Below are positions 19,214 to 29,211 of a stretch of DNA of 64,000 bases, one piece after another. Made by a program: the position numbers and the translations under genes. The notes below the pieces were generated by a model. That model did no database searches, was not told where the DNA came from, and worked only from the letters and a program-made list of their open reading frames with translations. Source of the stretch: Spirochaetaceae bacterium (GTDB lineage: Bacteria; Spirochaetota; Spirochaetia; DSM-2461); NCBI GenBank assembly GCA_965224705.1, contig OZ245056.1:576001-640000 (forward strand), written 5' to 3'. Within the stretch, counting starts at the first letter, position 1. The number at the start of each line of letters is the position of its first letter.

Positions 19214-21372
19214 GGTGCTGCCTCCAATATGGTTAGTCGGCGGGAGATTTCTCCCCGCCAACGGTCTTTGTCAATTGTATATACAAGATCTATATCCTTA
19301 CCAATATGGATGTCTCTACCATAGTGGTCGGCTCCATCCCACCAGAGGGCAGGCCATTTCTCCTTTCCCAAAGAGACAACAAGCTTGAGATGATTGCTTT
19401 TTTCTTTCCCAACAAGGTTTGCACTTTGAACAGGTACAGATCTCGTAAGAAAAGTAAGGGGCTGGAACTCTTTGCCGTAGGGCTCAAGGCGATCCAGCAG
19501 GGATTCAAGTCCCTGAGAACCCATTTTTATGAATTCTCCATGAGACAGCTCTGCATCAATGATAACGGGTTCCTCCTGCGCCGATGATAGGGGTGTTTCA
19601 GCTATCCACTCCTTGCATTTTGTGGTTAATTCATCCACTTTACTTCTGTCGATCTGGAATCCGCCAGCCTGGGGATGACCTCCATAACTGTCAAACAGCG
19701 ATGACATGGCTTCCAGCCAGATAAGGGCATTGATACCAGCATTACTGCGAATTGATCCCGAAGCATTTTCCATTCTCCGAGAAATAACAACAGATGTAAC
19801 ACCCAGGGTTTTTTGGAGACGGCTGGCCAGGATGCCCGTTATACCCCTGGGTATCTCATTATCGGCAACAATGGCCATTCGCCCACTGAATTCATCCCTG
19901 GATTGATATGCGGCTGGAAGAATACTCTCCCAGATCTGGTTTCCCAAAGCACGTCTCTTCTTATTGAAGCCGATTAACTCACTGGATAATGCGGTGATTC
20001 TCGAAGTATCATTGGAGAGCAGGAATTCAACAGCCACATCAGCCCGCCCCATCCGACCGGAAGCATTGATGAGAGGACATAACTGCCAGGCTATTTCAAC
20101 ACTGTCGATTCGTCCTTCATGAAACTCCTGCTGAATCAACAGTTCCCGCAATGCGGTTCTTCTCTCTTTAATTCCATCTATGGCATTGAGACGATTGATT
20201 CCCAGGCCAACGAGAATACGATTTTCATCAAGCAGGGGCATAAGATCGGCAAGAGTAGCGATGGCAACCAGATCCAGGTCTCTCCGCCACATATTGAAAG
20301 ATTCAGAAAATCTTCTGGTATACAGAGTTATAAGGAGGTTGCCCAGGGTGGATAGTATACCTTTCTGACCTGGGAAGTATTGAGCTAAACGGCTTCGTCC
20401 TTCCAATTTTTCTACTGAATGACCTTTGAGACTGGGAAATGTAGAAGTTAAATCGGGTTCAATATCGATGACATGAACATCATCTGTTCCAAAAAAATTT
20501 GAAATCAAAGGCACCTGATTGGCTTTCCCATAAGTAAATAACAGCTGTCCATCAATGAAACGCAGTGCTTCGTTCCTTCCAGCTTCACCTTCATCCTGAG
20601 AGACATGAAGGCGCTGGATCTCAACCAGGTTGCGCATTTTAAGGGCTTCAAAAACAATTGATGACTCAAAACCGTTGTTGTCAGGGTTTGTTCTATTATC
20701 TACGCTGACATGAATAAGACAGAATTCTTCACACCAGAGCTCTGTTCCTGCAAAGCACAGTGCCCACTGAAACTTTGAGACAACACCAGCGGCGCACAGT
20801 CCATTGAAGGGATAATCTCCCGGTATCCTGGGGTTGACTATGGCATATGCAGCGGGAATCTCATTTCCTCTGGGCATGTGGTGATCAAATACCAGTACAT
20901 CCATACCAAGATGATTCGCCAGTTCAATTTCTGCAAACTCGGTGATACCACAGTCCACCGTTATTACAAGTGTGATATTCTCTACGGCCTTTGCCTCCAG
21001 AACTTCAATACTTAAACCATATGTTTCCTCTCCAACAGGCACACGCCATTCCGGTTCAATACCCACCGAACGAAGTGCCTGGATCATGAGAACTGTACTT
21101 GTGATGCCATCGGCATCCTTATCCCCGCAAACCAGAACCTTCTCACCTGCTTCCACGGCGGATAATACCCGTTCAACTGCTCTCTCCATCTGGGGAAATA
21201 AAAAGGGATTGTGAAGAAACCGCTCATCATCTTCCAGAAAAAAACCAATTTGCTCGGGTTCAGACATGTTTCGGCGAGTAAGAATTGCAGCAGTCAGTAG
21301 ATCCAGATTGTATAACTCTGCTACAGCCCGCACCCTGTCAGAATCAACCGGCGGTTTTATCCATTTTTTCAA
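19201..21372 (-). CDS. recJ: Single-stranded DNA exonuclease RecJ (with internal insertion)
   Basis: GDKDADG, TVDCG, DHH, INASGR, GSIRS and GGHPQAGG motifs. Confidence 0.95.
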   Translation of the reverse strand: MKKWIKPPVDSDRVRAVAELYNLDLLTAAILTRRNMSEPEQIGFFLEDDERFLHNPFLFPQMERAVERVLSAVEAGEKVLVCGDKDADGITSTVLMIQALRSVGIEPEWRVPVGEETYGLSIEVLEAKAVENITLVITVDCGITEFAEIELANHLGMDVLVFDHHMPRGNEIPAAYAIVNPRIPGDYPFNGLCAAGVVSKFQWALCFAGTELWCEEFCLIHVSVDNRTNPDNNGFESSIVFEALKMRNLVEIQRLHVSQDEGEAGRNEALRFIDGQLLFTYGKANQVPLISNFFGTDDVHVIDIEPDLTSTFPSLKGHSVEKLEGRSRLAQYFPGQKGILSTLGNLLITLYTRRFSESFNMWRRDLDLVAIATLADLMPLLDENRILVGLGINRLNAIDGIKERRTALRELLIQQEFHEGRIDSVEIAWQLCPLINASGRMGRADVAVEFLLSNDTSRITALSSELIGFNKKRRALGNQIWESILPAAYQSRDEFSGRMAIVADNEIPRGITGILASRLQKTLGVTSVVISRRMENASGSIRSNAGINALIWLEAMSSLFDSYGGHPQAGGFQIDRSKVDELTTKCKEWIAETPLSSAQEEPVIIDAELSHGEFIKMGSQGLESLLDRLEPYGKEFQPLTFLTRSVPVQSANLVGKEKSNHLKLVVSLGKEKWPALWWDGADHYGRDIHIGKDIDLVYTIDKDRWRGEISRRLTILEAAPCSS

Positions 21373-22691
21373 TGAGATATCTCCTCAATGATAAGAGTAT
21401 CTCGCAGAGTATGAGTTTTTGAATCTATCTGCATGAAGGATCCCAGATGATCTTCTGCCGTATCCAGCCGTTTTTCTTCATTGGCCCATAACCGCATTAC
21501 GGTTTCACCAGCATGGACGCTCTCTCCTGTTTTTTTTACTATTTCTATTCCGGCCAAAGGGTCTACAGGATCGGCAGCAGTATCCCGACCAACTCCCAAT
21601 GCAACACTGGCTGTTCCAACGGCAAGGGCATCCATGCCGGATATGTACCCCGAGTTCTTTGCGCTGATATCCCGTGAAAACCTTGCCCTGGCACTTCCCA
21701 ACATGGCATCCATTTCATCCAGTCTTCCTCCCTGAAATTTTATGTTTTCACGGAATTTCCTCATCGCTGTTCCATCAGAAATTACATTTTTACAGAGACT
21801 TTCAGCCTCCGAAATACTCTTCTGCAATCCGGCAGCAACAAGCATCCATGCTGTCAGTCTGTAAGTGACTTCCATTACATCTGCCGGGCCATTGCCTCCG
21901 AGGCAATCAACTGCTTCTTCTACCTCCAGGAAGTTGCCGACTTTCCGGCCAAGAGGTTCTGACATATCGGTGAGCACTGCAATTACCTGGCGATTAAGCT
22001 TCCTGCCGGTAAGAACAAGGGATTTTGCCAGAGCTCTGGCATCTTCTCTCGTTTTCATAAATGCTCCCCTACCACACTTCACATCCATAACCAGAGCATC
22101 AGCACCCTCTGCAAATTTCTTGGAGAGAATGCTTCCTGTAATCAAAGGAATTGATTCCACAGCCGCAATGACATCCCGAAGGGCATACAGTTTTTTATCG
22201 GCCGGAACGATTTCTTCGCTTTGACCGGTCATTGCATAACCAACTTTGTCAACACATTCCACAAACTGCTGAGGCGGAAGTACTGTTGTATAACCGGGAA
22301 TAGAATCAAGTTTGTCCAGTGTTCCACCAGTGTGTCCAAGAGCACGGCCGCTCATCATAGGAACTTTTACACCACAGGCCGCAGCAACAGGTGCAAGAAC
22401 CAGAGAGATTTTATCTCCCACACCGCCTGTGGAATGCTTATCAACCAATGGTCCCCTGCGTGAAGAAAAGTTGATAACCTCTCCTGAGTCTATCATGGCC
22501 TGGGTAAGGTACCCTGTTTCTTCAGGTGTCATGCCCCTTAGAAAAACAGCCATACACCAGGCTGCAGCCTGGTAATCGGGTATATCTCCCCTGGCATAGC
22601 CGGAAATAAATGAAACAATTTGTTCTGCTTTGAGAGCCTGTCCATCCCGTTTAGCCGCTATGATATCAACCGCTCGCAAAGAATCATTCAT
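21369..22691 (-). CDS. pdp: Pyrimidine-nucleoside/thymidine phosphorylase
   Basis: DKHSTGGVGDK, SGRALGHTGGTLDKL, PADKKLYALRDV and SILSKK. Confidence 0.93.
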   Translation of the reverse strand: MNDSLRAVDIIAAKRDGQALKAEQIVSFISGYARGDIPDYQAAAWCMAVFLRGMTPEETGYLTQAMIDSGEVINFSSRRGPLVDKHSTGGVGDKISLVLAPVAAACGVKVPMMSGRALGHTGGTLDKLDSIPGYTTVLPPQQFVECVDKVGYAMTGQSEEIVPADKKLYALRDVIAAVESIPLITGSILSKKFAEGADALVMDVKCGRGAFMKTREDARALAKSLVLTGRKLNRQVIAVLTDMSEPLGRKVGNFLEVEEAVDCLGGNGPADVMEVTYRLTAWMLVAAGLQKSISEAESLCKNVISDGTAMRKFRENIKFQGGRLDEMDAMLGSARARFSRDISAKNSGYISGMDALAVGTASVALGVGRDTAADPVDPLAGIEIVKKTGESVHAGETVMRLWANEEKRLDTAEDHLGSFMQIDSKTHTLRDTLIIEEISH

Positions 22692-22886
22692 CTGTATTCC
22701 TCCGGAATTCGATATTCATGATTACACAGGGTACCTCTGAAGAGCAATATTGTATACCTGCCGGACGATGTGAAAAGCATTGGGTAAATATGATGGTATA
22801 CTGATTCATAAATCATTCTCTAAACTGTATAAACCGTCTTGCATCCTGTTTCAGGACAGAGAGCAGGTCTCATCCTTTTCCACTAT

Positions 22887-23660
22887 TCATCCAATCAGGG
22901 AACGAAACCCTCGGGGGTATTGAGAAATTACCTTGAGCTGATATTCAAGAAGTCTCTGAACGATACAGACAACCCACTCCTCAACCGCTGGAAGGTTGCT
23001 GTACTCTAATTCAATCCTTAACGAATCTTCAATGCTTCCCGATATACGCTGAAGCCAGGCCCGAGCTCCGTCAGAAATCTTCCGTCCCTTTGATTCAGCA
23101 CATTCCGGTCCGACAAGCAAACCATCTGGCCAGAACAGGGCTGAATCACCGTTCATATCGACAGGAAGAATTTTGCCGCAGCGGCCACATCTCATTGCAT
23201 CCGGCTTAACTCCTTCAATTGATAAGAAGTGCCATAGAAAGCCTGTATTAAGTTTCCGTACATCCTTCCCGGAAATTCTTGATAAAAGAGAAAGGCTATT
23301 GGCAGCCAAATGATACAATTGAACTGAGTCGCCCCCACTTCCATGACTTTTAAGCAGTATTTCAGCCCATGCTGTTGCCGTATAAAACCTGTTCAGGTCT
23401 TCCCTGAGACCATCAGTACTCCCCTCTGGATCAAAGGCAGTCAAACGCCATCTGTCTCTGGCGCCATCAAAGTGAAGATTCGCAAGACCTGTATTATATG
23501 GAACGGCCGTGGCCCGTAATGAGTTTCGTCTCCCCTGAGCACCAAATGCCAGGGCTCTCAAAAGTCCCTCACCAGCCACCAGCATAAACAGCCCCCGGTG
23601 ATTTTCACCAACAGGATTCATTTTCAGTACGAGAGCTGGTGCTTTGACCTGACGACTCAT
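22887..23660 (-). CDS. recO: DNA repair protein RecO
   Basis: N-terminal OB fold (ALVLK...GENHR) and a CGRCG zinc-finger region. Confidence 0.85.
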   Translation of the reverse strand: MSRQVKAPALVLKMNPVGENHRGLFMLVAGEGLLRALAFGAQGRRNSLRATAVPYNTGLANLHFDGARDRWRLTAFDPEGSTDGLREDLNRFYTATAWAEILLKSHGSGGDSVQLYHLAANSLSLLSRISGKDVRKLNTGFLWHFLSIEGVKPDAMRCGRCGKILPVDMNGDSALFWPDGLLVGPECAESKGRKISDGARAWLQRISGSIEDSLRIELEYSNLPAVEEWVVCIVQRLLEYQLKVISQYPRGFRSLIG

Positions 23661-23746
23661 GAAATTCCTTTCGATTAAGATACCCGTATACTCCTGATCA
23701 CTCCAGTTCACAACCCGCATATTGGGCTTTTTAACCGGTTCTCAAG

Positions 23747-23908
23747 GAGTCTGTCGGACTCTAAGACTTCGAGGCGATTTTTGATGATTTTTTCCTGATG
23801 CAAGGCGACAAAAACTTAAGCGTAGCTGGGCTACGCGAGTATTTTGGCAACGCCGCAGCAGGGAAAAAGGGCAAAAATCGAGCCGTGAGGCGGAAGTCCG
23901 ACAGACTC
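23747..23908 (+). mobile_element. Family A MITE copy 2 (162 bp)
   Basis: Same termini as copy 1; 4-bp direct repeat CAAG on both sides. Confidence 0.92.
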
Positions 23909-23961
23909 CAAGTATACAGGATACATGGCTAATGCTATGATTCTATAGCAAGAGGCACTTA

Positions 23962-24981
23962 ATGAATACATTTACAGCTTCACAGTCACAGAAGGAATCG
24001 GGCAGAAATCACATCATTGCATTCTTCCTGATTCTATCACTGGCCCTTCCAGCATCCCTTGACTCCCGAGGAGTAGAGGAGCCGAACTCTGAAAACAACA
24101 CTCAGGTTCGTTTCATTGTTCCCAATGGAGCCACGATAGCCACCGTAGCCCTCCTTGACCTTGAGTCCATCGCCGCCGGATACGATGTTCAAATATCCAT
24201 TATCACTGCCGCCGATCTTCTGGCCGCGAAGATTATTTCCGGTGAGGCCGACTTTGCTGTTATTCCCAGTAATCTGGCCGCAATCCTCTCAAACAAGAAT
24301 ACCAGTATTCAAGCTGTCGGGCCTGTTATATGGGGCATTCTCTACATCGTAACATCTCTGGACATAGAGAGTTGGGAAGACTTGAAAGGACAAACTGTGC
24401 ATTCATTCGGGCGAGGGCTTACCCCGGACATCACGTTTCGTCATCTATCAAACCTGAACGGCATTGATCCAGAGCAGGACCTGACCATCCAATACGCATC
24501 GTCGGCTGCTGAACTGGCCCCGGCATTTCTCACCGGCAGGAGTACCGTCTCAATGATGCCCGAACCCATGTTGACAACCGTCCTGGCAAAGAAACCAGAC
24601 ACCCGTATACTGATAGATATTCAGGCGGAATGGGCTGACCGCTATGGATCATCCTATCCCCAGGCCTCTCTGGTCGTTGACAGGGAGTTCGCAAACGCCA
24701 ACAGAGAGTTTACCAGACAGCTCATCAATGCCTGTGCGACCGCTGTCAAAGATGCCAGAAACCAACCGGAAAAGGCTGGTCAGGCCGCCGTTGTCCTGTC
24801 TCCACAGCTGAATTCCGACACCTTTGCTGCTGCCATCCCCCGGATGAATTTGAGATTTGTACCGGCAGCTGCTGCTTTAACTTCGTTTGAAGACTATTTC
24901 CGAGTTCTTGAGTCCTTTGATCCTGCATCCATCGGAGGAAAGCTGCCTGGTGAGGAGTTCTACTATCCCTGGATTGAATAG
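23962..24981 (+). CDS. ABC substrate-binding protein (NMT1/SsuA-like)
   Basis: Signal peptide, GEADFAVIPSNLAA, DLKGQTV, TPDI, PEP and IGGKLP. Confidence 0.85.
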   Translation: MNTFTASQSQKESGRNHIIAFFLILSLALPASLDSRGVEEPNSENNTQVRFIVPNGATIATVALLDLESIAAGYDVQISIITAADLLAAKIISGEADFAVIPSNLAAILSNKNTSIQAVGPVIWGILYIVTSLDIESWEDLKGQTVHSFGRGLTPDITFRHLSNLNGIDPEQDLTIQYASSAAELAPAFLTGRSTVSMMPEPMLTTVLAKKPDTRILIDIQAEWADRYGSSYPQASLVVDREFANANREFTRQLINACATAVKDARNQPEKAGQAAVVLSPQLNSDTFAAAIPRMNLRFVPAAAALTSFEDYFRVLESFDPASIGGKLPGEEFYYPWIE

Positions 24982-24999
24982 CTCTCAGGACATTCTCCC

Positions 25000-25689
25000 A
25001 GTGTCAGAAAGCTTGTTAATGCAGCAAAAACCCCTGTCAGGCTCGTTATAACATAGTAAGAAAACAATTTATAAAGGAGTTTGACCGTGGTATTCCTTCA
25101 CTGTCCCAACCCGAAATGTATCCATTTCAGTGCTCCGAAGCAAAAAAACTGAATTTCGATACACAGTTCGTACCACATAGAAGCATCTGGAACAGTCCAG
25201 CGCTGCATCTGCAATGACTTCAAAAAACCTTACAACTGCATGATTCCATGGAGTCTGTCGGACTTCAAGACTTTGAGGCGATTTTTGATGATTTTTTTCC
25301 GATACAAGGCGGCAAAAGCGGAGCGTAGCTGGGCTCTGTGAGCATTTTGACAACGCGGTAGCGGGAAAAAAGGGCAAAATCGAGCCGTGAGGCGTAAGTC
25401 CGACAGACTCCATGGCGGGTGAAGGAGATCCGAAAGAAGAAGGACACAACTCATGCTGAGAAGCCGGGATCACCTGGAAGAAACTTCGCAAGGCAGAGAG
25501 CAGGTACTGGTTGAAGAGGGTCTTTTTGAGCAAGGTCAATCCGGGTGCGGCAGAGAAGAAAATCTGGTTGTGTGAGTGGCGTAATCCGGGAGTGGAATCT
25601 GGCCATTATGATCCGTTGTATGTGAAGGTTCAGGATGAGATTGGACTCCCGGGATGGGCTGAAGGGGGTTTTACAGGCTTTCTGACACT
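25000..25689 (+). mobile_element. Family B element: internally deleted IS with a transposase pseudogene, interrupted by a family A MITE
   Basis: Termini AGTGTCAGAAAGCTTGT / ACAGGCTTTCTGACACT. AAGGAG then GTG at 25087 gives HCPNPKC...(stop)...GTVQRCICND joined to YNCMIPWR...THAE(K)xGI. Confidence 0.85.
25251..25410 (+). mobile_element. Family A MITE copy 3 (160 bp), nested in a family B element
   Basis: Same termini; target duplication CATG. Confidence 0.92.
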
Positions 25690-25801
25690 GTGAAACATTT
25701 ACACTGCCGGGAATTCTGGAAGTTCAAAACCTTCACTGTACGAAATCACTAAATACAATTACATTACCCAGATCAAACAATTCTTCGAAAGGAGGGAAAA
25801 C

Positions 25802-26734
25802 ATGATTCTTAGTTGTGGTGAATCTCTTATTGATTTCGTTCCCAGAGACGGGGAAAACTTATTGTACGCTCCCTGTCCTGGAGGGTCTCCCTATAACTTT
25901 GCAATTGCAGCAGCCCGTCTTGGAATTCCTGCCGGTTTCCTTGGAAAAATATCCAGGGATTTATTCGGAGATATTCTTTTCAATCGTCTTGTTAATGAGG
26001 GAGTAGACACTTCCTTTATTCAACGATCCAGTCACCCTTCCTCTCTGGCCTTTGTTAGTACTGAATCTGGTAAAGAACCTCGTTATGCTTTCTACACCGA
26101 AAACAGTGCTGATCGGAATCTCTCTCTCCCTGACATTCCCAGGTTTCTGGCCGACAATGTTCATTGTCTGGAATTCGGATCCATTTCTCTGCTTCTGGAA
26201 CCCCAGGCTTCTACTATCAAGTCCCTGGTTCATCGAGAAAGAGGCAAACGGGCCCTTTCCTATGATCCCAACATCCGTCCTGCCATGGTGGGCAGGAGAG
26301 AGACCTTCATCGCCGAAGTGGAAAAACTGGCCCGCATTTCTACCATTGTGAAGGTGAGCAGTGCAGATCTTGAATGGCTTTATCCCAATCGGCGGCCACT
26401 TGACAGTGCTCTCGCATGGCTTTCCAGAACTTCCGGAATCGTTGTAATGACCCGGGGGAAGGATGGGGCAATTCTCCTTTCCCCCAATTTTCGGGTGGAA
26501 ACACCCGAGTACAGAGTCATTGTGAAGGACAGCATTGGTGCTGGCGATACTTTCCATGCCGCTCTTCTGAGCCGACTCCATCAGCTTCACTTCCTCTCGG
26601 CACAGACGGCCTCCATTCTCACAAAGGAAATAGCTCAGGAAGTGCTGAATTTTGCTGTGAAAGCCTCCAGTATAAGCTGTACCAGACAGGGTGCGGATCC
26701 CCCTTTTAGTGCCGAAATGACAAAAACTCGCTGA
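25802..26734 (+). CDS. PfkB-family carbohydrate kinase (fructokinase-like)
   Basis: CGESLIDF, PGGSPYN, YDPNIRP and DSIGAGDTF. Confidence 0.93.
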   Translation: MILSCGESLIDFVPRDGENLLYAPCPGGSPYNFAIAAARLGIPAGFLGKISRDLFGDILFNRLVNEGVDTSFIQRSSHPSSLAFVSTESGKEPRYAFYTENSADRNLSLPDIPRFLADNVHCLEFGSISLLLEPQASTIKSLVHRERGKRALSYDPNIRPAMVGRRETFIAEVEKLARISTIVKVSSADLEWLYPNRRPLDSALAWLSRTSGIVVMTRGKDGAILLSPNFRVETPEYRVIVKDSIGAGDTFHAALLSRLHQLHFLSAQTASILTKEIAQEVLNFAVKASSISCTRQGADPPFSAEMTKTR

Positions 26735-26842
26735 AGGGTTTCAAAGATATGCCGATGGCAAGACAGCATAACCGACAGGGTGCATTGTAATTGCTTGCCC
26801 TATCGGATATTAATTCGCTGATGGAAGTAATTGTTTTATCTT

Positions 26843-26859
26843 ACAAGCTTTCTGACACT
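26843..26859. repeat. Solo family B terminal inverted repeat
   Basis: ACAAGCTTTCTGACACT. Confidence 0.6.
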
Positions 26860-26935
26860 TGTAAACGAAAGAAATGACAGGGCATCGATAAGTAGTATAT
26901 TTGGAATCATGATGATGACAGGCACAGTTCCGCTA

Positions 26936-27970
26936 TCACTCGTAGATCGGTTTGTACAGGGAAGAATGCTTGAATCCTGCAACAATGGCTTCCTTCATAC
27001 TGAGCGGGTTCGCAATACCCTTCCAGGCAATGTCAAGGGCTGTTCCATGATCGACACTTGTTCGAATGAAGGGATATCCAAAAGTAACACTCACCACGCG
27101 AAAGAAATCATAACATTTCGATGCAATATGACCCTGATCATGATAAAGAGAGAGAACTGCATCATAGCGTCCTTCTGCAGCCTGGTGAAAAACACTGTCT
27201 GCCGGAACCGGTCCTACGGTATTGATCCCCAGTTCAACAGCAGCCTCAATCGCCGGTTTGATTTGTTTTGCCTCTTCATCGCCAAACAAACCACCATCAG
27301 AGGAATGCGGATTCAGGCCTGCAACAGCCAGATGAGGTTCCGATAAACCTATAGAAACAAGGCAGTTCCGGACGGTTTCAATTGAATCGAGAATCTTATC
27401 CTTTTCAACAAGATCGATGGCACTGCGAAGACTGACATGGCGACTGTGAAAGAAAATCTTCAATTTATCAACTTGAAACATCGTGATACCTGTCTTCTTG
27501 TTAGACATCTCTGAAATCATTTCAGTATGTCCTATGTAATTCAGTTTCGCCTCCCTGAGCGCTTCCTTGTTAATAGGTGCAGTGGCCATCCCATGAGCTT
27601 CACCGGAATTGCAAAGATCGACGGCTGCCTGGATATAGGCTACTGCTGCCCTGCCTGCAAGATCTGTAACGGTTCCCACTTTCAGATCAGATATGTTCGT
27701 TATGATTTTTTGATCCAGGATCGGAACTGTAGGCATTCCATCAGAAACTCGTTTCAATGAAGAAGCTTCACCTACACCTGTTACCCTGACAGGAGATACA
27801 GGTATATCCAGAGCTGATCTAACGGTGTCTATTACGGCATAATCACCGCAGACAATCGGTGTTCCATAGTCTCGGAAATCCTCCATTAGAAAGCTCTTAA
27901 GAACAATCTCCGGGCCCACTCCTGCGGGATCGCCAAGTGAGATGGCAAGTATGCGTTCATTATTCTGCAT
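26936..27970 (-). CDS. pdxA2: PdxA-family dehydrogenase (PdxA2, 4-phospho-threonate/erythronate dehydrogenase by context)
   Basis: GDPAGVGPE, APINKE, GHTE, GLNPH, YHDQG and RTSVDHGTA; next to a DUF1537 kinase. Confidence 0.9.
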   Translation of the reverse strand: MQNNERILAISLGDPAGVGPEIVLKSFLMEDFRDYGTPIVCGDYAVIDTVRSALDIPVSPVRVTGVGEASSLKRVSDGMPTVPILDQKIITNISDLKVGTVTDLAGRAAVAYIQAAVDLCNSGEAHGMATAPINKEALREAKLNYIGHTEMISEMSNKKTGITMFQVDKLKIFFHSRHVSLRSAIDLVEKDKILDSIETVRNCLVSIGLSEPHLAVAGLNPHSSDGGLFGDEEAKQIKPAIEAAVELGINTVGPVPADSVFHQAAEGRYDAVLSLYHDQGHIASKCYDFFRVVSVTFGYPFIRTSVDHGTALDIAWKGIANPLSMKEAIVAGFKHSSLYKPIYE

Positions 27971-29210
27971 TTCCTATCCTCCTGTAAAACCAGGCCATTG
28001 TTTTCAGCAGAATGGAAGGGCCACCTACCAATCCTCCTTTTGTAACAATCTTCGTCCCTGACATGGTACCGTTGAGCATTGTTCCTCCCATCACAAGAGT
28101 ATCCAGTTCCACCTCAGGCCGTATGCTGCTTGTACCTGATCTGTCAAGCACCGCCATAGCTGTTTCACCCCCAGACAATATCAAACCTGCTATCCCAACG
28201 TTAATCTGATCTATTATAATCTGACTTGTTCTTGCCAGTGCATGAGTGATTCGCTGCTGCAAGTCTGTACTGGCCCGTTGTTCGTTAGTTCTAACAACCA
28301 GAACTTCTGTGCGGTCGGGATCCCACTTATCAAGAAAACCTTTTACCACTTCATTCGTGGAATTATCAACAATCGCCGATACGGGTAGATTGAGATAGCT
28401 GACAGTGTACTTTTCTTCCAGAGCAGACACCTGCCGCCGGGTTTGTTCCGTGGTACTCCCAATCACCGCAACCACAATACGATGTTCTTCATGCCTGTGC
28501 CGCATTCCAAGAGCTATACTGATAAATGCACCGGGACTGACCAGTATCAATTCCTGATCAATCAGTGCGGTGGCCCGAGCTATCATGGCGATGTCTCCAT
28601 CGCTGCAGGCATCGACAAGCACCATTGTTCCAGGATGTACCAATTCCTGCAGCCGGGTATTCAATACTTCAAATCCCGCATTCACCTCTTCCAGGGAAAT
28701 GTGGTTCACTCTGGTTCCATCACATTCAAAGTAACCCGGCACAAAGCTATTCGAAATGGGCCAACCCGGGTCAGATCCCACCTCGGTTCGATCAACAGGA
28801 ATACCATTGACCATTTGATATCCACCGATACACAGTCGACCGCTTGCAGGATATGATGGGACTATAATTGCCGCCGCCTGAGGCCGCTCTGCCATAATCG
28901 CTGATAACTCCGCACCAAGATGTCCTCTCAAAGTAGTATCAAATCTTTTCACAATTCTTGCTGCTTCTGGAAAGCTATTAATAACTGAACTCACCGCCTT
29001 CCTTGATTCTGCTTCAGAAAGACCTCGTGAATTGGTGTTTACCACCACCACCCTTCCTCTATCCTCAGATGGATCGTAGTTCCTGTCAAAACTAACCAAT
29101 GCACGGACAGGAATGTTTTCATTGGCAATCATCGTGGATAAACCAAGAGTGCCTGTGAGGTCATCTGAAAGTGCAATGGCCAGCGGCGAAGTAGCTGTCG
29201 GCTGCTCCAT
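27960..29210 (-). CDS. Four-carbon acid sugar kinase (DUF1537; DtnK/DenK-like)
   Basis: DDLTG, KRFDTTLRGH, LSGGETA and VTKGG motifs. Confidence 0.92.
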   Translation of the reverse strand: MEQPTATSPLAIALSDDLTGTLGLSTMIANENIPVRALVSFDRNYDPSEDRGRVVVVNTNSRGLSEAESRKAVSSVINSFPEAARIVKRFDTTLRGHLGAELSAIMAERPQAAAIIVPSYPASGRLCIGGYQMVNGIPVDRTEVGSDPGWPISNSFVPGYFECDGTRVNHISLEEVNAGFEVLNTRLQELVHPGTMVLVDACSDGDIAMIARATALIDQELILVSPGAFISIALGMRHRHEEHRIVVAVIGSTTEQTRRQVSALEEKYTVSYLNLPVSAIVDNSTNEVVKGFLDKWDPDRTEVLVVRTNEQRASTDLQQRITHALARTSQIIIDQINVGIAGLILSGGETAMAVLDRSGTSSIRPEVELDTLVMGGTMLNGTMSGTKIVTKGGLVGGPSILLKTMAWFYRRIGNAE

Positions 29211-29211
29211 A

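Noticed and set aside
25069..25539. ORFs overlapping MITE copies (also 18205-18447, 53189-53784, 56568-57097) that share similar peptides
   Set aside because: The similarity comes from translating the same non-coding repeat; starts and frames are not conserved.
26936..27970. Vitamin B6 biosynthetic pdxA
   Set aside because: Being in an operon with a DUF1537 kinase and TRAP transporter indicates catabolic PdxA2.
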